Below are positions 56,203 through 64,000 of a stretch of DNA of 64,000 nt, piece by piece. Every line of letters starts with the position of its first letter. The stretch's first letter is position 1. This DNA comes from Ruminococcaceae bacterium UBA1417. Lineage in GTDB: Bacteria > Bacillota > Clostridia > Oscillospirales > Acutalibacteraceae. The position numbers were made by a program, and so were the translations under genes. Location of the stretch: contig DBPP01000024.1 in the NCBI GenBank assembly GCA_002305575.1, forward strand, positions 3,013 through 67,012, written 5' to 3'. The notes under the pieces were generated by a model. The model was not told where the DNA came from. It searched no databases and saw only the letters and a list, made by a program, of their open reading frames with translations.

Positions 56203-58497
56203 ATGGTCAAATACATTGTCAAACGCAACGGGGAGAAGGTTTCCTTTGACGCCAAAAAGATTCGCAACGCCATTTTTAAGGCCAATATTCGCATTGCGGC
56301 GGAGCGCATGAGCGACGCTGATCTCGATAGCCTGACCGCGGAAGTTATCGCGGTGTTTGAGGATGGCAAAACAATCCCCACGGTTGAGCAGATTCAGGAC
56401 GTCGTGGAGGAAAAGCTGATCGCTGCCGACTACGCAAAGACGGCGAAAGCCTATATTCTGTACCGCGCGGAGCACCAACGCCTGCGCGAGATGGACGACG
56501 AGCTCGTGAAGATCTATCAGGATCTCACGTTCAAACCGGCTGAAGACGCCGACCTCAAACGCGAGAACGCGAACATCAACGCGGATACCGCGATGGGTAC
56601 GATGCTCAAATACGGTTCCGAGGGTGCGAAAAGCTTCTATGACAAGTACGTCATCCCGCCCGAGATTGCCAAGGCGCACGCCGAGGGCGACATTCACATC
56701 CATGACAAGGATTTCTACACGTTGACGGAAACCTGTTGCCAGATCGACCTCATCAAGCTGTTTGACGGCGGCTTTTCCACCGGCCACGGCTACCTGCGCG
56801 AGCCGAAGGACATCCGCAGCTATGCGGCGCTCGCCTGCATCGCGATTCAGGCAAACCAGAACGAGATGCACGGCGGACAGAGCGTGCCGAATTTTGACTA
56901 CGCAATGGCGCTCGGCGTCAAAAAGACGTACCGCAAGCAGTATGCCGCGGCGTTCACCCAGTACTTTGAGGTGCGCCATGGCATGCGGCACGAAGATGCC
57001 GCGCTGCTGACGGCGGCTGTACGGCAGGCGCTTGGAGACGTGACGATGGGCACGGCCACCGATTATGCGGCGCGTGTGGAGGACTTCCTGCCGCGGCACC
57101 AGCGCGAGAACGGTTTCGAGGAGATTTCCGCGCAGGAGGCGCGCGATGCGGCCGAATACGCCGCGCGGACAGCCTGGCGGGAAACGGACAACGCCACAAA
57201 ACAGGCGATGGAGGCGCTTGTCCACAACCTGAACACGATGAATTCGCGCGCCGGCGCGCAGGTGCCGTTCAGCTCGTTGAATTACGGCACCGACACATCC
57301 CCCGAGGGCCGCATGGCTATCCGCAACCTGCTCGACGCGACCGAGGACGGCCTCGGCGACGGCGAAACGCCGATTTTTCCGGTACAGATTTTCAAGGTCA
57401 AGGAAGGCGTCAACTACAACGAGGGCGACCCGAATTACGACCTGTTCAAACATGCGATGCGCTGCTCGGCGAAGCGGCTGTTCCCCAATTTCAGCTTCCT
57501 CGACGCACCGTTCAACCTGCAATACTACAAGCCCGGCGATTATAACAGCGAGGTGGCGTATATGGGCTGCCGCACGCGCGTCATGGGCAATGTGCATGAC
57601 CCGAACCGCGAGGTCACCTGCGGGCGCGGCAACCTGAGCTTCACCTCCATCAACCTGCCGCGGCTGGGCATCGAGGCGAAGGGCGACATTCAGAAATTCT
57701 ATGCGATGCTCGACGAGCGGATGGCGATCGTCGAAGAGCAGCTGATGCATCGCTTCAAGATTCAGTGCAGCAAGAAGGCGTACAACTACCCGTTCCTGAT
57801 GGGGCAGGGCGTGTGGATTGACTCCGAAAAGCTCGACCGCAACGATTCCGTCGCGGAAGTCTTAAAGCACGGCACGCTGTCCGTCGGCTTTATCGGCCTG
57901 GCTGAAACGCTCAAAGCGCTTACCGGCAAGCACCACGGCGAGAGCGAGGAGAGCTGGAAACTCGGCTACGAGATCATCCGCTACATGCGCGAGTGCCTCG
58001 ACAAAAAGAGCCGCGAGACGGGCCTCAACTGGACCCTGCTCGCAACGCCGGCCGAAGGGCTTTCCGGCCGTTTCCTGCGCATCGACCAGAAGCGCTACGG
58101 GAAGATCGAGGGTGTGACGGACCGCGAGTATTATACGAACTCCTTCCACATCCCGGTGTATTACAACATCAGCGCATTCCAGAAGATCCAGAAGGAAGCG
58201 CCGTTCCATGCGCTGACGAATGCCGGGCACATCAGCTATGTCGAACTGGACGGCGACATCTGCAAGAACATTGACGCGTTTGAGAGCGTGATCCGCTGCA
58301 TGAAGGAGGCCGGTATCGGCTACGGTTCGGTGAACCATCCGGTCGATCGCGACCCGGTGTGCGGCTACAACGGCATTATCGGCGACGTTTGCCCGCGCTG
58401 CGGCCGCCATGCCGGCGAGGGCGTGCCGGTAGAGAAGCTCGCAGAGCTTCGCAAGAAATACCACGACGTGCCGGATTATTCCCACCTGATCCGTTGA
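56203..58497 (+). CDS. nrdD: Class III ribonucleotide reductase NrdD lacking the C-terminal glycyl-radical loop
   Basis: ATP cone IVKRNG...FDAKKI, GDIHIHD, ETCCQID, YMGCRTRV (thiyl Cys), GRGNLSFTSINLP, ATPAEG, NAGHISY, DPVC..CPRC; no RxxGY motif before the TGA. Confidence 0.95.
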   Translation: MVKYIVKRNGEKVSFDAKKIRNAIFKANIRIAAERMSDADLDSLTAEVIAVFEDGKTIPTVEQIQDVVEEKLIAADYAKTAKAYILYRAEHQRLREMDDELVKIYQDLTFKPAEDADLKRENANINADTAMGTMLKYGSEGAKSFYDKYVIPPEIAKAHAEGDIHIHDKDFYTLTETCCQIDLIKLFDGGFSTGHGYLREPKDIRSYAALACIAIQANQNEMHGGQSVPNFDYAMALGVKKTYRKQYAAAFTQYFEVRHGMRHEDAALLTAAVRQALGDVTMGTATDYAARVEDFLPRHQRENGFEEISAQEARDAAEYAARTAWRETDNATKQAMEALVHNLNTMNSRAGAQVPFSSLNYGTDTSPEGRMAIRNLLDATEDGLGDGETPIFPVQIFKVKEGVNYNEGDPNYDLFKHAMRCSAKRLFPNFSFLDAPFNLQYYKPGDYNSEVAYMGCRTRVMGNVHDPNREVTCGRGNLSFTSINLPRLGIEAKGDIQKFYAMLDERMAIVEEQLMHRFKIQCSKKAYNYPFLMGQGVWIDSEKLDRNDSVAEVLKHGTLSVGFIGLAETLKALTGKHHGESEESWKLGYEIIRYMRECLDKKSRETGLNWTLLATPAEGLSGRFLRIDQKRYGKIEGVTDREYYTNSFHIPVYYNISAFQKIQKEAPFHALTNAGHISYVELDGDICKNIDAFESVIRCMKEAGIGYGSVNHPVDRDPVCGYNGIIGDVCPRCGRHAGEGVPVEKLAELRKKYHDVPDYSHLIR

Positions 58498-58658
58498 AGG
58501 CGGAAAACACGGGCGCTTTAAAGCGCGTGGTGCGCAATTGAAATCCCATACGGCGGTTTCCCCCGTGGGCGGGCTGCCGATGACAACGATGGATAGAAAC
58601 AATGAAAAATCGCCGGCGGCCGTCGGGCTGCGGCGCACAGATGCAGGAGGTAAAGCAT

Positions 58659-58829
58659 ATGACACCGAAAATTACAGAAAAAACCGTGAAGAATCATACG
58701 GTCCTCGTCGGCGAGGGCCTCGGGTTTGAGCGCATCCGCCGCATTACCGGCTATCTCGTCGGCACGACGGATCGTTGGAATAACGCGAAACGCGCCGAGG
58801 AACGCGACCGCGTGAAGCACAGCTTGTAA
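58659..58829 (+). CDS. Stand-alone NrdD glycyl-radical peptide (56 aa)
   Basis: AGGAGGT SD 7 nt before ATG; sequence ...GEGLGFERIRRITGYLVGTTDRWNNAKRAEERDRVKHSL is the canonical NrdD C-terminus; putative radical Gly31 at 58749-58751. Confidence 0.92.
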   Translation: MTPKITEKTVKNHTVLVGEGLGFERIRRITGYLVGTTDRWNNAKRAEERDRVKHSL

Positions 58830-58836
58830 ACCGCAG

Positions 58837-58870
58837 AAAAATCCGAAAGCTCCGGCTTTTGGATTTTTTT
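58837..58870 (+). terminator. Intrinsic terminator between the glycyl-radical peptide gene and nrdG
   Basis: AAAATCCGAAAGC-tccg-GCTTTTGGATTTT followed by TTT. Confidence 0.7.
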
Positions 58871-58894
58871 CTGCGTCGGGAAAGGAGAGAGACC

Positions 58895-59398
58895 ATGAAG
58901 ATCAAACTCGCCGGGCTGGTCCCGGATTCCATTGTGGACGGTCGTGGTATCCGTCTGACCGTGTTCGTGCAGGGCTGCCCGCACCACTGCCCCGGCTGCC
59001 ACAACCCGCAGACACACGATTTCGAGGGCGGCACATGGGACGACACCGACCGCATCTTCGCGGCGTTTCGCGAAAACCCGTTGTTGCGCGGCATCACGTT
59101 TTCGGGCGGCGAGCCATTTTGCCAACCGAAACCGCTCAAGGCGCTTGCGGATCAGGTGCACAGCGTCGGCAAAGATGTGACGGTGTACACGGGCTGGACG
59201 CTCGAGGCGCTCGAAGAGATGCACGATCCCGACGTGGACGCGCTGCTCGCCGCCTGTGACGTGCTCGTGGACGGGCCGTTCATTGAGGCGCAGAAGAACC
59301 TTGACCTGCCGTTTCGCGGCAGCGAAAACCAGCGGCTGATCGATATGAACAAGACGCGGGCTTCGGGGCGCGTTACACTGCTGGATCTCGGCTGGTGA
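58895..59398 (+). CDS. nrdG: Anaerobic RNR activating enzyme (radical SAM)
   Basis: DSIVDGRGIRLTVFVQGCPHHCPGCHNP, GITFSGGEP, DVLVDGPF, FRGSENQR; ATG 58895 with AAAGGAG SD. Confidence 0.97.
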   Translation: MKIKLAGLVPDSIVDGRGIRLTVFVQGCPHHCPGCHNPQTHDFEGGTWDDTDRIFAAFRENPLLRGITFSGGEPFCQPKPLKALADQVHSVGKDVTVYTGWTLEALEEMHDPDVDALLAACDVLVDGPFIEAQKNLDLPFRGSENQRLIDMNKTRASGRVTLLDLGW

Positions 59399-59523
59399 AG
59401 CCGTTTTGCCGCCGTTTTCTGCGTGACGCGCAAGGACTGAGGATGATATGCAAAAAGGCCTTTCCATACGATAAAGATATATCAATATATCGAAATTGGA
59501 GGGGCGAATTCATAAATTGGTAA

Positions 59524-59552
59524 TTGATTCCCCGCGGAATATGTGGTAAAAT
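59524..59552 (+). promoter_or_regulatory. Sigma-A promoter of pckG
   Basis: TTGATT, 17 nt, extended TGgTAAAAT. Confidence 0.65.
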
Positions 59553-59610
59553 AATAACAGATTAGGTCATTTGCAAAACATTTGCCTTTTCGGCGAAAGG
59601 AGAAATCAGA

Positions 59611-61389
59611 ATGACAAACAATAAGACAGTCCTCTCTTGGATTGACGAGATGAAAGCGCTTGTCAATCCGGATCAGGTCGTTTGGATCGATGGTTCTGAG
59701 GAGCAGCTTGAGGCCCTCAGAAAGGAAGCCTGCGAGACCGGCGAAATGATCAAGTTGAACCAGGATCTGCTCCCTGGCTGCTACTATCACAGAACGGCCG
59801 TAAACGACGTTGCCCGCGTTGAGGATAGAACCCTCATCTGCTCGAGAAAAGAAGAAGACGCAGGCCCGACCAACCACTGGAAGGACCCGCAGGAAGCCTA
59901 CAAGATGCTCTATGACATCGCCCGCGGCAGCTACAAGGGCCGTACGATGTATGTTATCCCGTATTCCATGGGCCCGATCGGTTCCCCGCTCGCGAAGATC
60001 GGTGTTGAGCTGACCGACTCCATTTATGTCGTTCTGAATATGGCTATCATGACGCGCGTCAGCCAGAAGGTTTTCGACGTGCTCGGCGACAGCAACGATT
60101 GGGTGCGCGGCCTGCACTGCAAGTGCAACGTCGATGCGGAAAACCGCTGGATCTGCCAGTTCCCGGAAGACAACACGATCATCTCCGTCAACTCCGCTTA
60201 CGGCGGCAACGTTCTGCTCGGTAAGAAGTGCTTCGCGCTGCGCATCGCTTCGTATCAGGCGAAGAATGAAGGCTGGATGGCTGAGCATATGCTCATCCTC
60301 GGCGTCGAGAATCCGAAGGGCGAAGTCAAGTACGTCTGCGCGGCGTTCCCGTCTGCATGCGGCAAGACCAACCTGGCCATGATGATCCCGCCGGAAGGCT
60401 ACAGAGCGAAGGGCTACAAGGTCTGGACCGTCGGCGACGATATCGCTTGGATGCGCCCGGGCGAGGACGGCAGACTGTATGCCATCAACCCGGAGAACGG
60501 CTTCTTCGGCGTTGCACCGGGTACGAACATGAAGTCCAACCCGAACGCGCTGATCTCCACGAAGAAGGGCACGATCTTCACGAACGTCGCCCGCAACCTC
60601 GACGACAACACCGTTTGGTGGGAGAGCCTCGACAAGAATCCGCCGGTCAACGCGGAAGAGTGGAAGGGCTCCAAGGTAAACGGTCCGGAATATATCGCAG
60701 CTGGCAACAAGCTTGCGCATCCGAACAGCCGCTTTACGGCGCCGACCGCAAACTGCCCGTGCCTCTCGAGCGAGTTTGAGAACCCGAAGGGCGTTCCGGT
60801 TTCCGCCATCATCTTCGGCGGCCGCCGTCCGGATACGGTTCCGCTGGTTTATCAGTCCAGAAGCTGGAACAACGGCGTGTTTATCGGCTCCATCACGGGC
60901 TCCGAGACAACCGCTGCCGCTGCCGGTGCAGTGGGCGTTGTCCGTCGTGACCCGATGGCCATGCTCCCGTTCTGCGGCTACAACATGGGCGACTACTTCA
61001 AGCACTGGATCGAGATGGGCCAGATCCTCGGTGACAAGGCGCCGAAGATCTTCAACGTCAACTGGTTCCGCGTGGACGAAGACGGCCACTTCATTTGGCC
61101 GGGCTTCGGCGACAACCTCCGCGTGCTCGAGTGGATGCTCAAGCGCTGCGACGGCGAAGTCGATGCGGTGGAGACGGCAATCGGTTACGTGCCGAAGCCG
61201 GAGGACATCAACCTCGAAGGCCTCGACAACTTCTCGATCGATACCCTGAAGGGCATTCTCGAAGTCGACAATGCGAAGTGGGCCAAGGAAGCGGCTGGCA
61301 TTGAGGAATTCTACAAGAAGTTTGGGGACAAGCTTCCGGAAGAACTCAAGGCGGAGCTCGAAGGCCTCAAGGCGCGCGTTCAGGCGTAA
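59611..61389 (+). CDS. pckG: GTP-dependent phosphoenolpyruvate carboxykinase
   Basis: DVARVE, SAYGGNVLLGKKCFALR, WMAEHM, FPSACGKTNLAM, VGDDIAW, NPENGFFGVAPG, HPNSRF, FNVNWFR. Confidence 0.97.
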   Translation: MTNNKTVLSWIDEMKALVNPDQVVWIDGSEEQLEALRKEACETGEMIKLNQDLLPGCYYHRTAVNDVARVEDRTLICSRKEEDAGPTNHWKDPQEAYKMLYDIARGSYKGRTMYVIPYSMGPIGSPLAKIGVELTDSIYVVLNMAIMTRVSQKVFDVLGDSNDWVRGLHCKCNVDAENRWICQFPEDNTIISVNSAYGGNVLLGKKCFALRIASYQAKNEGWMAEHMLILGVENPKGEVKYVCAAFPSACGKTNLAMMIPPEGYRAKGYKVWTVGDDIAWMRPGEDGRLYAINPENGFFGVAPGTNMKSNPNALISTKKGTIFTNVARNLDDNTVWWESLDKNPPVNAEEWKGSKVNGPEYIAAGNKLAHPNSRFTAPTANCPCLSSEFENPKGVPVSAIIFGGRRPDTVPLVYQSRSWNNGVFIGSITGSETTAAAAGAVGVVRRDPMAMLPFCGYNMGDYFKHWIEMGQILGDKAPKIFNVNWFRVDEDGHFIWPGFGDNLRVLEWMLKRCDGEVDAVETAIGYVPKPEDINLEGLDNFSIDTLKGILEVDNAKWAKEAAGIEEFYKKFGDKLPEELKAELEGLKARVQA

Positions 61390-61411
61390 GCGTCCGGTTT
61401 CGATTTTAACA

Positions 61412-61461
61412 GCATAAACACACCGCCCTGTGGGATCTCCCACAGGGCGGTGTGTTTATGC
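61412..61461. terminator. 24-bp perfect inverted repeat, probable bidirectional terminator
   Basis: GCATAAACACACCGCCCTGTGGGA-TC-TCCCACAGGGCGGTGTGTTTATGC between convergent pckG and GNAT. Confidence 0.8.
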
Positions 61462-61707
61462 AGAAAAGTGTGCGGCAAGCGCGTGGTTTCCTGAATGGGC
61501 GCGCGAAGGACACAAAAGGGAAAACGCTTTGCGCGCAACTGGATGTATTGGGGGCTGGCGGTGTGTACGGCGACGCGATTAAGCCGCGCAGGGGTTCAGG
61601 GTCCGTCGGACGCGCGTTGGATAAAAGCGTGCAAAGCTTGCGTGTCCAAGCATTTTGCGGGCAATTCCGCGCCGCCATGTCGGGGGAGGCCGCTGTCGTA
61701 GCGTGTT

Positions 61708-62625
61708 TTATGGTCCCATTGGCCAAGCATCCTTTTCCGCATATATCCAACTTTTTTCACCCATCCAGTAGGCCATGCAGCGTTTTGCGCCGAGCTTGCC
61801 GTACCAGTCCTCCAGCCAGGTGTAGCCGATGTACGCCTGCTTTGCGCCCTGCGCCTGAAGACGGTCCAACGCGTCCTGGCACAGCCGCATCCCAACGCCG
61901 CGGTTACGGTACGCTTCGAGTACGCCGAGCGGCCCAAAGGTGTTCGCATCCGGCCACGCCTCGGTATACAGGCAGTGTTCCATGGAAACGCCGCAGCCGC
62001 CGACAACGGCGCCGTCCCACGCGGCGAGCAGAACGTCCGGCAGACGGGCGAAGAAATCGCCGAAGTTCTCAATCTGCGCGCTGCATCGGCCGGCTTGCGC
62101 GCGGTCCTCGGGCGTATTGCGCCGCATCCGTGTGATCAGGCGCGGATCGTGGCAGTCGAGCGATGGCTGGTGCGCGTAGGCCGTGAGGTCGAGCGCCATG
62201 TCGCAGGCGGTCCAGCTGTAGCGGTAGCCACGCTTTTCGAAAAACGCGTGTGCATCTGTGTGGCGGTCCATCGGCACGCCGGGAAAAATGTATGTGTCCG
62301 GCGCATGGCCGAGCACAGCGCGCCCGCACGGCCGGAGCAAAGTCTCCGCCTCGCGCAGTAGCGCGCTGCCAATTCCCCGGTTTCGGTGCGGCGGCGCGAC
62401 GCAGAGCAGCAGCAACGCGTCCGCCCGCACGACGGCGAAGCCTACAGGGGCACCGTTCGGCCCGGCGTATGAGAGGACCTGCGAGCCCGTGTCGATGCCG
62501 AGACGGTGCCGCAGGCTTGCGGGGTCGGTGCGCAGAGCCGGAAAGCACAGGTTGTATAAAGCGTGCAGCGCGGTAAAATCGGCTGCGTCATGTGTAGACG
62601 CGCCCCCGCAGAAGCTGGTATTCAT
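61708..62625 (-). CDS. Tandem-domain GNAT N-acetyltransferase
   Basis: Two acetyl-CoA motifs: VAPPHRNRGIGSALL and GVLEAYRNRGVGMRL; AGGTGA SD. Confidence 0.88.
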   Translation of the reverse strand: MNTSFCGGASTHDAADFTALHALYNLCFPALRTDPASLRHRLGIDTGSQVLSYAGPNGAPVGFAVVRADALLLLCVAPPHRNRGIGSALLREAETLLRPCGRAVLGHAPDTYIFPGVPMDRHTDAHAFFEKRGYRYSWTACDMALDLTAYAHQPSLDCHDPRLITRMRRNTPEDRAQAGRCSAQIENFGDFFARLPDVLLAAWDGAVVGGCGVSMEHCLYTEAWPDANTFGPLGVLEAYRNRGVGMRLCQDALDRLQAQGAKQAYIGYTWLEDWYGKLGAKRCMAYWMGEKSWIYAEKDAWPMGP

Positions 62626-62656
62626 GGCGGTTCACCTGCCGTTTTAAGCTGTTCTA

Positions 62657-62685
62657 ATTATAGCGGAGAAAAGCGAAAAAGCCAA
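62657..62685 (-). promoter_or_regulatory. Sigma-A promoter of GNAT gene
   Basis: Minus strand TTGGCT, 17 nt, TATAAT. Confidence 0.55.
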
Positions 62686-62724
62686 GATGTGCGCGCCGCG
62701 CCGTAGAAATATTTTCGGCGGGGC

Positions 62725-62753
62725 TTGCGGAGCCGCAGAAAATGTGCGATACT
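62725..62753 (+). promoter_or_regulatory. Candidate sigma-A promoter of esterase gene
   Basis: TTGCGG, 17 nt, extended TGcGATACT. Confidence 0.45.
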
Positions 62754-62783
62754 GATAGAAGAAACGATCAGGAGGAAAAAATT

Positions 62784-64000
62784 ATGGCGTTGACGTATAA
62801 AACCATCACGGAAGTGCTCGATTTTGGGCCGCACATTACGAAGGTTATTCTTGAAACCGGACGGCCGCTTACCGGCGCGCAGCTCGATCCCGCGCAGTTT
62901 GAAGTCTACGTAAAACGAACCGCGAAGCCCGGCGAGGAATTCACCTGGCCGAAGTTTATGGGCGAACGTCCTGTGGATCTGATGGAAGGCACGCGCACGA
63001 TTGAAGCGCTGTATGTTTCCGATGCTGACGGGACACCCGCGGCGGACGGCAGCTGCATTACGCTCTGCATGGTGTGCTCTCCGATGGCCGGCATTGGCTC
63101 CATCATTCAGTTTGACGGCAATTTCAATATTTTTCTCGACGTGCATTACACGGTCACACAGACCGCGCCGATCGAAACGGCGGGCGGCACGGTGACCGGT
63201 CTGGTGTTCGATGTGGACGGCGGCAACCGCATTCTCTACTGCGAGGATTTGCAGACCGGCACGTTCAAGCACCCGGATTCGGACTTGTTGTACGCGTACT
63301 ACGAGCCGGCGCACAAGGCGGAGGAAAAGCTGCCACTGATCATCTGGCTGCACGGCGCGGGCGAAGGCGGCCATGCACCGCTGATTGCCGTGGTGGCCAA
63401 TAAGGTGGCCAACCTGCTTTCGCCGGAATTGCAGGCGTATTTTGGCGGCCGTGCCGCGCTGCTCGTACCGCAGGCGCCGACCATGTGGATGGATGATGGC
63501 AGCGGCGAATACACGCAGGACGGCCGTTCCAAATATGTGGACGCGCTCGACGCGCTGATCGACGCGTATATGGCGTCGCGCCCGTGGATTGACCGCAGCC
63601 GGGTCTACATCGGCGGCTGCTCGAACGGCGGCTTCATGACGATGAAGATGCTCATCCATACGCCGGATCGTTATGCCGCAGCTTTCCCGATCTGCGAGGC
63701 CCTGCGGGATGACTGGATCACGGATGAGCAGATTGCGGCGATCGCGAAAAAGCCGATCTGGCTGACGCATGCTGCGACCGACGACACTGTGCCGCCGAAA
63801 ACGCATGTGCTGCCGACGTACAAGCGGCTCAAGGCGGCGGGCGGTGAGAACGTTCACCTCACATACTGGGATAAGGTGGTCGATCTTTCCGGCAAGTACA
63901 ACAAGCCGGACGGCACGCCGTTCGAGTATTACGGCCACTGGAGCTGGATTTACATGCTGAACAACGACTGCAAGGTCGATCTGGATGGTCAGCCCGTCAC
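62784..64000 (+). CDS. Alpha/beta-hydrolase esterase with N-terminal beta-rich (Ig-like) domain; 3'-truncated, absent from ORF track
   Basis: GGAGG SD, ATG 62784, open to window end; PLIIWLHGAGEG, nucleophile GGCSNGG, THAATDDTV (Asp), YYGHWSW (His). Confidence 0.9.
   Translation, partial: MALTYKTITEVLDFGPHITKVILETGRPLTGAQLDPAQFEVYVKRTAKPGEEFTWPKFMGERPVDLMEGTRTIEALYVSDADGTPAADGSCITLCMVCSPMAGIGSIIQFDGNFNIFLDVHYTVTQTAPIETAGGTVTGLVFDVDGGNRILYCEDLQTGTFKHPDSDLLYAYYEPAHKAEEKLPLIIWLHGAGEGGHAPLIAVVANKVANLLSPELQAYFGGRAALLVPQAPTMWMDDGSGEYTQDGRSKYVDALDALIDAYMASRPWIDRSRVYIGGCSNGGFMTMKMLIHTPDRYAAAFPICEALRDDWITDEQIAAIAKKPIWLTHAATDDTVPPKTHVLPTYKRLKAAGGENVHLTYWDKVVDLSGKYNKPDGTPFEYYGHWSWIYMLNNDCKVDLDGQPV

Noticed and set aside
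58351-58402. Damaged NrdD zinc site (DPVC instead of CxxC)
   Set aside because: To my knowledge RDPVCG...CPxCG is common in clostridial NrdD, so it is not evidence of pseudogenisation.
58495-58661. Frameshift, stop readthrough or intron rejoining nrdD and the Gly peptide
   Set aside because: Readthrough meets TAA at 58519; the peptide frame has TGA at 58581; the 161-nt gap is too short for a group I/II intron; the peptide has its own strong SD.
3804-58895. Upstream-extended starts in the ORF track (miaA, sepF, truA, glgP, hisS, nrdD, nrdG, minD, regulator and others)
   Set aside because: Extensions overlap promoters, leaders or neighbouring genes; downstream starts have clear SD sequences and match family N-termini.
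21740-64000. Right segment as a genomic island or prophage
   Set aside because: It consists of core genes (ecf, truA, mreBCD, hisS, aspS) with no mobility functions.

Overview
Chromosomal DNA from Clostridia-like Firmicutes (gene content resembles Oscillospiraceae/Acutalibacteraceae), mostly housekeeping, with no recognisable prophage, IS, CRISPR, rRNA or tRNA. Left part (1 to about 21.75 kb): mutS-mutL-miaA, a cell-division cluster (HlyD-like, yggS, sepF, divIVA, lspA, RluA family), split transketolase, a second DivIVA-like protein, a lone fumarase beta subunit, PiT/DUF47, der, ruvCAB, glmM. Right part: ecfA1A2T-truA, DUF5711-like/CvpA/CDP-alcohol phosphatidyltransferase/Clp ATPase, a minus-strand accessory block (response regulator, kinase, two paralogous membrane proteins; TraX-like, CHAP-like, C39 peptidase), GH13-glgP, zapA-U32-dut, mreBCD-PBP, minD, mgsA, T-box-hisS-aspS-pentapeptide repeat, a class III RNR locus, pckG, a GNAT and an esterase. 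Codon and oligonucleotide style changes abruptly inside the methyltransferase gene at about 21.75 kb, suggesting two genomes joined (assembly chimera or homologous recombination). Top finding: NrdD ends without its glycyl-radical loop, and the RRITGYL motif is in a separate 56-aa gene with its own ribosome-binding site between nrdD and nrdG, i.e. a split class III ribonucleotide reductase. Also notable: a DnaA-box cluster before dut, a two-component operon with a YycH/YycI-like paralog pair, a T-box with overlapping Asp/His codons, and a DivIVA with a 46-codon acidic tail. All calls are by eye, without database searches; many start codons were moved from the ORF track to the Shine-Dalgarno-supported start.
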